64,000 bases of DNA from the human T2T-CHM13v2.0 reference genome, Homo sapiens, in assembly GCF_009914755.1 (NCBI RefSeq), contig NC_060931.1. The stretch is one strand, 5' to 3'. The translations under genes were made by a program, and so were the position numbers. The notes below the pieces were generated by a model that saw only the letters and a program-made list of their open reading frames with translations, was not told where the DNA came from and searched no databases. The number at the start of each line of letters is the position of its first letter. The stretch's first letter is position 1. Shown here in pieces: positions 1 through 10,838 of the stretch.

Positions 1-43
1 TGCTTGTTATGACTGCAAGTGGATATTTGGACCTCTTTGAGGC

Positions 44-60
44 CTTCGTTGCAAACGGGG
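44..60 (+). promoter_or_regulatory. CENP-B box, variant form (cttcgttgcaaacgggg); one per HOR
   Basis: Matches the 9-nt core nTTCGnnnnAnnCGGGn. It differs from the canonical cttcgttggaaacggga only at non-core positions 9 and 17. Confidence 0.88.
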
Positions 61-385
61 TTTCTTCCTTTCATGCTAGACTAAGAAGAGTTCTCAGTAA
101 CTTTTTTGTGTTGTGTGTATTCAACTCACAGAGTTGAACCTTGCTTTAGAGAGAGCAGATTTGAAACACTCTTGCTGTGGCATTTTCAGGTGGAGATTTC
201 AAGCGATTTGAGGACAATTGCAGAAAAGGAAATATCTTCGTATAATAACCAGACAGAATCATTCTCAGAAAGTGCTTTGTGATGTGTGCGTTCAACTCAC
301 AGAGTTTAACCTTTCTTTTCATAGAGGAGTTTGGAAACACACTGTTTGTAAGGACTGCAAGTGGATATATGGACCTGTTTGAGGC

Positions 386-402
386 CTTCGTTGGAAACGG
401 GA
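386..402 (+). promoter_or_regulatory. CENP-B box, canonical (cttcgttggaaacggga), preceded by ggacctgtttgaggc; one per HOR
   Basis: Exact match to the 17-bp CENP-B box consensus YTTCGTTGGAARCGGGA. Confidence 0.95.
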
Positions 403-725
403 TTTCTTCATTGAATGCTAGACGGAAGAATTCTCAGTAAATTCTTTGTGTTGTGTGCATTCAACTCACAGAGTGGAACGTCCCTTTAGACACAGCAGAT
501 TTGAAACACTCTTTTTGCGGAATTTGCAAGTGGAGATTTCTAGCCATTTGATGCCAACAGTAGAAAGGGAAATATCTTCAAATAAAAACCAGACAGAATC
601 ATTCTCAGCAAATTCTTTGTGATGTGTGCGTTCAACTCACATAGTTTAACCTTTCTTTTCATAGAGCAGTTTGGAAACACTCTGTTTGTAAAGTCTGCAA
701 GTGGATATATGGACCGCATTGAGGC

Positions 726-742
726 CTTCGTTGGAAACGGGA
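726..742 (+). promoter_or_regulatory. CENP-B box, canonical (cttcgttggaaacggga), preceded by ggaccgcattgaggc; one per HOR
   Basis: Exact match to the consensus. With three boxes per 6-mer and two per 4-mer, the window should hold about 188 boxes (counted from the HOR structure). Confidence 0.95.
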
Positions 743-958
743 TTTCTTCATTTCATGCTAGACAGAAGAATTCTCAGTAACTTCTTTGTGCTGTGTGTAT
801 TCAACTCACAGAGTGGAACGTCCCTTTGCACAGAGCAGATTTGAAACACTCTTTTTGTGGAGTTTGCAAGTGGAGATTTCAAGCGATTTGATGCCAACAG
901 TAGAAAAGGAAATATCTTCAAATAAAAACTAGACAGAATCATTCTCAGAAACTACTTT

Positions 959-1980
959 GTGATGTGTGCCTTCAACTCACAGAGTTCAACCTTTCTTTTC
1001 TTAGAGCAGTTTAGAAACACTCTGCTTGTTATGTCTGCAAGTGGATATTTGGACCTCTTTGAGGCCTTCGTTGCAAACGGGGTTTCTTCCTTTCATGCTA
1101 GACTAAGAAGAGTTCTCAGTAACTTTTTTGTGTTGTGTGTATTCAACTCACAGAGTTGAACCTTGCTTTAGAGAGAGCAGATTTGAAACACTCTTGCTGT
1201 GGCATTTTCAGGTGGAGATTTCAAGCGATTTGAGGACAATTGCAGAAAAGGAAATATCTTCGTATAATAACCAGACAGAATCATTCTCAGAAAGTGCTTT
1301 GTGATGTGTGCGTTCAACTCACAGAGTTTAACCTTTCTTTTCATAGAGTAGTTTGGAAACACACTGTTTGTAAAGTCTACAAGTGGATACATGGACCTGT
1401 TTGAGGTCTTCGTTGGAAACGGGATTTCTTCATTGAATGCTAGACGGAAGAATTCTCAGTAAATTCTTTGTGTTGTGTGCATTCAACTCACAGAGTGGAA
1501 CGTCCCTTTAGACACAGCAGATTTGAAACACTCTTTTTGCGGAATTTGCAAGTGGAGATTTCTAGCCATTTGATGCCAACAGTAGAAAGGGAAATATCTT
1601 CAAATAAAAACCAGACAGAATCATTCTCAGAAAATTCTTTGTGATGTGTGCGTTCAACTCACATAGTTTAACCTTTCTTTTCATAGAGCAGTTTGGAAAC
1701 ACTCTGTTTGTAAAGTCTGCAAGTGGATATATGGACCGCATTGAGGCCTTCGTTGGAAACGGGATTTCTTCATTTCATGCTAGACAGAAGAATTCTCAGT
1801 AACTTCTTTGTGCTGTGTGTATTCAACTCACAGAGTGGAACGTCCCTTTGCACAGAGCAGATTTGAAACACTCTTTTTGTGGAGTTTGCAAGTGGAGATT
1901 TCAAGCGATTTGATGCCAACAGTAGAAAAGGAAATATCTTCAAATAAAAACTAGACAGAATCATTCTCAGAAACTACTTT
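959..1980 (+). repeat. Representative canonical 1022-bp HOR unit (6 monomers = dimers of 342+340+340 bp; phase arbitrary)
   Basis: CENP-B boxes start at 44, 386, 726 and 1066, i.e. spacings of 342, 340 and 340. The 342-bp dimer has two extra bases (gctagacTAagaagag versus gctagacagaagaa). Confidence 0.95.
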
Positions 1981-4900
1981 GTGATGTGTGCCTTCAACTC
2001 ACAGAGTTTAACCTTTCTTTTCTTAGAGCAGTTTAGAAACACTCTGCTTGTTATGTCTGCAAGTGGATATTTGGACCTCTTTGAGGCCTTCGTTGCAAAC
2101 GGGGTTTCTTCCTTTCATGCTAGACTAAGAAGAGTTCTCAGTAACTTTTTTGTGTTGTGTGTATTCAACTCACAGAGTTGAACCTTGCTTTAGAGAGAGC
2201 AGATTTGAAACACTCTTGCTGTGGCATTTTCAGGTGGAGATTTCAAGCGATTTGAGGACAATTGCAGAAAAGGAAATATCTTCGTATAATAACCAGACAG
2301 AATCATTCTCAGAAAGTGCTTTGTGATGTGTGCGTTCAACTCACAGAGTTTAACCTTTCTTTTCATAGAGGAGTTTGGAAACACACTGTTTGTAAAGTCT
2401 GCAAGTGGATACATGGACCTGTTTGAGGCCTTCGTTGGAAACGGGATTTCTTCATTGAATGCTAGACGGAAGAATTCTCAGTAAATTCTTTGTGTTGTGT
2501 GCATTCAACTCACAGAGTGGAACGTCCCTTTAGACACAGCAGATTTGAAACACTCTTTTTGCGGAATTTGCAAGTGGAGATTTCTAGCCATTTGATGCCA
2601 ACAGTAGAAAGGGAAATATCTTCAAATAAAAACCAGACAGAATCATTCTCAGCAAATTCTTTGTGATGTGTGCGTTCAACTCACATAGTTTAACCTTTCT
2701 TTTCATAGAGCAGTTTGGAAACACTCTGTTTGTAAAGTCTGCAAGTGGATATATGGACCGCATTGAGGCCTTCGTTGGAAACGGGATTTCTTCATTTCAT
2801 GCTAGACAGAAGAATTCTCAGTAACTTCTTTGTGCTGTGTGTATTCAACTCACAGAGTGGAACGTCCCTTTGCACAGAGCAGATTTGAAACACTCTTTTT
2901 GTGGAGTTTGCAAGTGGAGATTTCAAGCGATTTGATGCCAACAGTAGAAAAGGAAATATCTTCAAATAAAAACTAGACAGAATCATTCTCAGAAACTACT
3001 TTGTGATGTGTGCCTTCAACTCACAGAGTTCAACCTTTCTTTTCTTAGAGCAGTTTAGAAACACTCTGCTTGTTATGTCTGCAAGTGGATATTTGGACCT
3101 CTTTGAGGCCTTCGTTGCAAACGGGGTTTCTTCCTTTCATGCTAGACTAAGAAGAGTTCTCAGTAACTTTTTTGTGTTGTGTGTATTCAACTCACAGAGT
3201 TGAACCTTGCTTTAGAGAGAGCAGATTTGAAACACTCTTGCTGTGGCATTTTCAGGTGGAGATTTCAAGCGATTTGAGGACAATTGCAGAAAAGGAAATA
3301 TCTTCGTATAATAACCAGACAGAATCATTCTCAGAAAGTGCTTTGTGATGTGTGCGTTCAACTCACAGAGTTTAACCTTTCTTTTCATAGAGTAGTTTGG
3401 AAACACACTGTTTGTAAAGTCTACAAGTGGATACATGGACCTGTTTGAGGTCTTCGTTGGAAACGGGATTTCTTCATTGAATGCTAGACGGAAGAATTCT
3501 CAGTAAATTCTTTGTGTTGTGTGCATTCAACTCACAGAGTGGAACGTCCCTTTAGACACAGCAGATTTGAAACACTCTTTTTGCGGAATTTGCAAGTGGA
3601 GATTTCTAGCCATTTGATGCCAACAGTAGAAAGGGAAATATCTTCAAATAAAAACCAGACAGAATCATTCTCAGAAAATTCTTTGTGATGTGTGCGTTCA
3701 ACTCACATAGTTTAACCTTTCTTTTCATAGAGCAGTTTGGAAACACTCTGTTTGTAAAGTCTGCAAGTGGATATATGGACCGCATTGAGGCCTTCGTTGG
3801 AAACGGGATTTCTTCATTTCATGCTAGACAGAAGAATTCTCAGTAACTTCTTTGTGCTGTGTGTATTCAACTCACAGAGTGGAACGTCCCTTTGCACAGA
3901 GCAGATTTGAAACACTCTTTTTGTGGAGTTTGCAAGTGGAGATTTCAAGCGATTTGATGCCAACAGTAGAAAAGGAAATATCTTCAAATAAAAACTAGAC
4001 AGAATCATTCTCAGAAACTACTTTGTGATGTGTGCCTTCAACTCACAGAGTTTAACCTTTCTTTTCTTAGAGCAGTTTAGAAACACTCTGCTTGTTATGT
4101 CTGCAAGTGGATATTTGGACCTCTTTGAGGCCTTCGTTGCAAACGGGGTTTCTTCCTTTCATGCTAGACTAAGAAGAGTTCTCAGTAACTTTTTTGTGTT
4201 GTGTGTATTCAACTCACAGAGTTGAACCTTGCTTTAGAGAGAGCAGATTTGAAACACTCTTGCTGTGGCATTTTCAGGTGGAGATTTCAAGCGATTTGAG
4301 GACAATTGCAGAAAAGGAAATATCTTCGTATAATAACCAGACAGAATCATTCTCAGAAAGTGCTTTGTGATGTGTGCGTTCAACTCACAGAGTTTAACCT
4401 TTCTTTTCATAGAGGAGTTTGGAAACACACTGTTTGTAAAGTCTGCAAGTGGATACATGGACCTGTTTGAGGCCTTCGTTGGAAACGGGATTTCTTCATT
4501 GAATGCTAGACGGAAGAATTCTCAGTAAATTCTTTGTGTTGTGTGCATTCAACTCACAGAGTGGAACGTCCCTTTAGACACAGCAGATTTGAAACACTCT
4601 TTTTGCGGAATTTGCAAGTGGAGATTTCTAGCCATTTGATGCCAACAGTAGAAAGGGAAATATCTTCAAATAAAAACCAGACAGAATCATTCTCAGCAAA
4701 TTCTTTGTGATGTGTGCGTTCAACTCACATAGTTTAACCTTTCTTTTCATAGAGCAGTTTGGAAACACTCTGTTTGTAAAGTCTGCAAGTGGATATATGG
4801 ACCGCATTGAGGCCTTCGTTGGAAACGGGATTTCTTCATTTCATGCTAGACAGAAGAATTCTCAGTAACTTCTTTGTGCTGTGTGTATTCAACTCACAGA

Positions 4901-5500
4901 GTGGAACGTCCCTTTGCACAGAGCAGATTTGAAACACTCTTTTTGTGGAGTTTGCAAGTGGAGATTTCAAGCGATTTGATGCCAACAGTAGAAAAGGAAA
5001 TATCTTCAAATAAAAACTAGACAGAATCATTCTCAGAAACTACTTTGTGATGTGTGCCTTCAACTCACAGAGTTCAACCTTTCTTTTCTTAGAGCAGTTT
5101 AGAAACACTCTGCTTGTTATGTCTGCAAGTGGATATTTGGACCTCTTTGAGGCCTTCGTTGCAAACGGGGTTTCTTCCTTTCATGCTAGACTAAGAAGAG
5201 TTCTCAGTAACTTTTTTGTGTTGTGTGTATTCAACTCACAGAGTTGAACCTTGCTTTAGAGAGAGCAGATTTGAAACACTCTTGCTGTGGCATTTTCAGG
5301 TGGAGATTTCAAGCGATTTGAGGACAATTGCAGAAAAGGAAATATCTTCGTATAATAACCAGACAGAATCATTCTCAGAAAGTGCTTTGTGATGTGTGCG
5401 TTCAACTCACAGAGTTTAACCTTTCTTTTCATAGAGTAGTTTGGAAACACACTGTTTGTAAAGTCTACAAGTGGATACATGGACCTGTTTGAGGTCTTCG
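959..5500 (+). repeat. 2-HOR (2044 bp) tandem super-repeat, about 2.2-2.5 copies
   Basis: A linked SNV trio at 1349/1379/1407 recurs at 3393/3423/3451 and 5437/5467/5495, alternating with a second HOR haplotype. Confidence 0.85.
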
Positions 5501-7090
5501 TTGGAAACGGGATTTCTTCATTGAATGCTAGACGGAAGAATTCTCAGTAAATTCTTTGTGTTGTGTGCATTCAACTCACAGAGTGGAACGTCCCTTTAGA
5601 CAGAGCAGATTTGAAACACTCTTTTTGCGGAATTTGCAAGTGGAGATTTCTAGCCATTTGATGCCAACAGTAGAAAGGGAAATATCTTCAAATAAAAACC
5701 AGACAGAATCATTCTCAGAAAATTCTTTGTGATGTGTGCGTTCAACTCACATAGTTTAACCTTTCTTTTCATAGAGCAGTTTGGAAACACTCTGTTTGTA
5801 AAGTCTGCAAGTGGATATATGGACCGCATTGAGGCCTTCGTTGGAAACGGGATTTCTTCATTTCATGCTAGACAGAAGAATTCTCAGTAACTTCTTTGTG
5901 CTGTGTGTATTCAACTCACAGAGTGGAACGTCCCTTTGCACAGAGCAGATTTGAAACACTCTTTTTGTGGAGTTTGCAAGTGGAGATTTCAAGCGATTTG
6001 ATGCCAACAGTAGAAAAGGAAATATCTTCAAATAAAAACTAGACAGAATCATTCTCAGAAACTACTTTGTGATGTGTGCCTTCAACTCACAGAGTTCAAC
6101 CTTTCTTTTCTTAGAGCAGTTTAGAAACACTCTGCTTGTTATGTCTGCAAGTGGATATTTGGACCTCTTTGAGGCCTTCGTTGCAAACGGGGTTTCTTCC
6201 TTTCATGCTAGACTAAGAAGAGTTCTCAGTAACTTTTTTGTGTTGTGTGTATTCAACTCACAGAGTTGAACCTTGCTTTAGAGAGAGCAGATTTGAAACA
6301 CTCTTGCTGTGGCATTTTCAGGTGGAGATTTCAAGCGATTTGAGGACAATTGCAGAAAAGGAAATATCTTCGTATAATAACCAGACAGAATCATTCTCAG
6401 AAAGTGCTTTGTGATGTGTGCGTTCAACTCACAGAGTTTAACCTTTCTTTTCATAGAGGAGTTTGGAAACACACTGTTTGTAAAGTCTGCAAGTGGATAC
6501 ATGGACCTGTTTGAGGCCTTCGTTGGAAACGGGATTTCTTCATTGAATGCTAGACGGAAGAATTCTCAGTAAATTCTTTGTGTTGTGTGCATTCAACTCA
6601 CAGAGTGGAACGTCCCTTTAGACACAGCAGATTTGAAACACTCTTTTTGCGGAATTTGCAAGTGGAGATTTCTAGCCATTTGATGCCAACAGTAGAAAGG
6701 GAAATATCTTCAAATAAAAACCAGACAGAATCATTCTCAGAAAATTCTTTGTGATGTGTGCGTTCAACTCACATAGTTTAACCTTTCTTTTCATAGAGCA
6801 GTTTGGAAACACTCTGTTTGTAAAGTCTGCAAGTGGATATATGGACCGCATTGAGGCCTTCGTTGGAAACGGGATTTCTTCATTTCATGCTAGACAGAAG
6901 AATTCTCAGTAACTTCTTTGTGCTGTGTGTATTCAACTCACAGAGTGGAACGTCCCTTTGCACAGAGCAGATTTGAAACACTCTTTTTGTGGAGTTTGCA
7001 AGTGGAGATTTCAAGCGATTTGATGCCAACAGTAGAAAAGGAAATATCTTCAAATAAAAACTAGACAGAATCATTCTCAGAAACTACTTT

Positions 7091-7772
7091 GTGATGTGTG
7101 CCTTCAACTCACAGAGTTTAACCTTTCTTTTCTTAGAGCAGTTTAGAAACACTCTGCTTGTTACGTCTGCAAGTGGATATTTGGACCTCTTTGAGGCCTT
7201 CGTTGCAAACGGGGTTTCTTCCTTTCATGCTAGACTAAGAAGAGTTCTCAGTAACTTTTTTGTGTTGTGTGTATTCAACTCACAGAGTTGAACCTTGCTT
7301 TAGAGAGAGCAGATTTGAAACACTCTTGCTGTGGCATTTTCAGGTGGAGATTTCAAGCGATTTGAGGACAATTGCAGAAAAGGAAATATCTTCGTATAAT
7401 AACCAGACAGAATCATTCTCAGAAAGTGCTTTGTGATGTGTGCGTTCAACTCACAGAGTTTAACCTTTCTTTTCATAGAGGAGTTTGGAAACACACTGTT
7501 TGTAAAGTCTGCAAGTGGATACATGGACCTGTTTGAGGCCTTCGTTGGAAACGGGATTTCTTCATTTCATGCTAGACAGAAGAATTCTCAGTAACTTCTT
7601 TGTGCTGTGTGTATTCAACTCACAGAGTGGAACGTCCCTTTACACAGAGCAGATTTGAAACACTCTTTTTGTGGAGTTTGCAAGTGGAGATTTCAAGCGA
7701 TTTGATGCCAACAGTAGAAAAGGAAATATCTTCAAATAAAAACTAGACAGAATCATTCTCAGAAACTACTTT
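7091..7772 (+). repeat. 4-mer (682 bp) HOR structural variant, deletion type A, copy 1
   Basis: Landmark spacing 7091 to 7773 is 682 bp. ggacctgt-ttgagg...cttcatt is followed directly by tcatgctagacag instead of gaatgctagacgg, so 340 bp are missing. Confidence 0.93.
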
Positions 7773-10700
7773 GTGATGTGTGCCTTCAACTCACAGAGTT
7801 TAACCTTTCTTTTCTTAGAGCAGATTAGAAACACTCTGCTTGTTATGACTGCAAGTGGATATTTGGACCTCTTTGAGGCCTTCGTTGCAAACGGGGTTTC
7901 TTCCTTTCATGCTAGACTAAGAAGAGTTCTCAGTAACTTTTTTGTGTTGTGTGTATTCAACTCACAGAGTTGAACCTTGCTTTAGAGAGAGCAGATTTGA
8001 AACACTCTTGCTGTGGCATTTTCAGGTGGAGATTTCAAGCGATTTGAGGACAATTGCAGAAAAGGAAATATCTTCGTATAATAACCAGACAGAATCATTC
8101 TCAGAAAGTGCTTTGTGATGTGTGCGTTCAACTCACAGAGTTTAACCTTTCTTTTCATAGAGGAGTTTGGAAACACACTGTTTGTAAGGACTGCAAGTGG
8201 ATATATGGACCTGTTTGAGGCCTTCGTTGGAAACGGGATTTCTTCATTGAATGCTAGACGGAAGAATTCTCAGTAAATTCTTTGTGTTGTGTGCATTCAA
8301 CTCACAGAGTGGAACGTCCCTTTAGACACAGCAGATTTGAAACACTCTTTTTGCGGAATTTGCAAGTGGAGATTTCTAGCCATTTGATGCCAACAGTAGA
8401 AAGGGAAATATCTTCAAATAAAAACCAGACAGAATCATTCTCAGCAAATTCTTTGTGATGTGTGCGTTCAACTCACATAGTTTAACCTTTCTTTTCATAG
8501 AGCAGTTTGGAAACACTCTGTTTGTAAAGTCTGCAAGTGGATATATGGACCGCATTGAGGCCTTCGTTGGAAACGGGATTTCTTCATTTCATGCTAGACA
8601 GAAGAATTCTCAGTAACTTCTTTGTGCTGTGTGTATTCAACTCACAGAGTGGAACGTCCCTTTGCACAGAGCAGATTTGAAACACTCTTTTTGTGGAGTT
8701 TGCAAGTGGAGATTTCAAGCGATTTGATGCCAACAGTAGAAAAGGAAATATCTTCAAATAAAAACTAGACAGAATCATTCTCAGAAACTACTTTGTGATG
8801 TGTGCCTTCAACTCACAGAGTTCAACCTTTCTTTTCTTAGAACAGTTTAGAAACACTCTGCTTGTTATGTCTGCAAGTGGATATTTGGACCTCTTTGAGG
8901 CCTTCGTTGCAAACGGGGTTTCTTCCTTTCATGCTAGACTAAGAAGAGTTCTCAGTAACTTTTTTGTGTTGTGTGTATTCAACTCACAGAGTTGAACCTT
9001 GCTTTAGAGAGAGCAGATTTGAAACACTCTTGCTGTGGCATTTTCAGGTGGAGATTTCAAGCGATTTGAGGACAATTGCAGAAAAGTAAATATCTTCGTA
9101 TAATAACCAGACAGAATCATTCTCAGAAAGTGCTTTGTGATGTGTGCGTTCAACTCACAGAGTTTAACCTTTCTTTTCATAGAGGAGTTTGGAAACACAC
9201 TGTTTGTAAAGTCTGCAAGTGGATACATGGACCTGTTTGAGGCCTTCGTTGGAAACGGGATTTCTTCATTGAATGCTAGACGGAAGAATTCTCAGTAAAT
9301 TCTTTGTGTTGTGTGCATTCAACTCACAGAGTGGAACGTCCCTTTAGACAGAGCAGATTTGAAACACTCTTTTTGCGGAATTTGCAAGTGGAGATTTCTA
9401 GCCATTTGATGCCAACAGTAGAAAGGGAAATATCTTCAAATATAAACCAGACAGAATCATTCTCAGAAAATTCTTTGTGATGTGTGCGTTCAACTCACAT
9501 AGTTTAACCTTTCTTTTCATAGAGCAGTTTGGAAACACTCTGTTTGTAAAGTCTGCAAGTGGATATATGGACCGCATTGAGGCCTTCGTTGGAAACGGGA
9601 TTTCTTCATTTCATGCTAGACAGAAGAATTCTCAGTAACTTCTTTGTGCTGTGTGTATTCAACTCACAGAGTGGAACGTCCCTTTGCACAGAGCAGATTT
9701 GAAACACTCTTTTTGTGGAGTTTGCAAGTGGAGATTTCAAGCGATTTGATGCCAACAGTAGAAAAGGAAATATCTTCAAATAAAAACTAGACAGAATCAT
9801 TCTCAGAAACTACTTTGTGATGTGTGCCTTCAACTCACAGAGTTTAACCTTTCTTTTCTTAGAGCAGTTTAGAAACACTCTGCTTGTTACGTCTGCAAGT
9901 GGATATTTGGACCTCTTTGAGGCCTTCGTTGCAAACGGGATTTCTTCCTTTCATGCTAGACTAAGAAGAGTTCTCAGTAACTTTTTTGTGTTGTGTGTAT
10001 TCAACTCACAGAGTTGAACCTTGCTTTAGAGAGAGCAGATTTGAAACACTCTTGCTGTGGCATTTTCAGGTGGAGATTTCAAGCGATTTGAGGACAATTG
10101 CAGAAAAGGAAATATCTTCGTATAATAACCAGACAGAATCATTCTCAGAAAGTGCTTTGTGATGTGTGCGTTCAACTCACAGAGTTTAACCTTTCTTTTC
10201 ATAGAGGAGTTTGGAAACACACTGTTTGTAAAGTCTGCAAGTGGATACATGGACCTGTTTGAGGCCTTCGTTGGAAACGGGATTTCTTCATTGAATGCTA
10301 GACGGAAGAATTCTCAGTAAATTCTTTGTGTTGTGTGCATTCAACTCACAGAGTGGAACGTCCCTTTAGACAGAGCAGATTTGAAACACTCTTTTTGCGG
10401 AATTTGCAAGTGGAGATTTCTAGCCATTTGATGCCAACAGTAGAAAGGGAAATATCTTCAAATAAAAACCAGACAGAATCATTCTCAGAAAATTCTTTGT
10501 GATGTGTGCGTTCAACTCACATAGTTTAACCTTTCTTTTCATAGAGCAGTTTGGAAACACTCTGTTTGTAAAGTCTGCAAGTGGATATATGGACCGCATT
10601 GAGGCCTTCGTTGGAAACGGGATTTCTTCATTTCATGCTAGACAGAAGAATTCTCAGTAACTTCTTTGTGCTGTGTGTATTCAACTCACAGAGTGGAACG

Positions 10701-10838
10701 TCCCTTTGCACAGAGCAGATTTGAAACACTCTTTTTGTGGAGTTTGCAAGTGGAGATTTCAAGCGATTTGATGCCAACAGTAGAAAAGGAAATATCTTCA
10801 AATAAAAACTAGACAGAATCATTCTCAGAAACTACTTT

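Noticed and set aside
241-247. TATAAT/AATAAA-like promoter or polyadenylation motifs
   Set aside because: They are short AT-rich matches inherent to the monomer and repeated in every HOR, with no supporting context.
1-1022. Assignment to another SF1 array (e.g. the chr1/5/19 shared array)
   Set aside because: Three clearly distinct dimers in a strict 1022-bp 6-mer with an EcoRI 340+682 pattern fit D7Z1 better. This is not formally excluded without an alignment to reference HORs.
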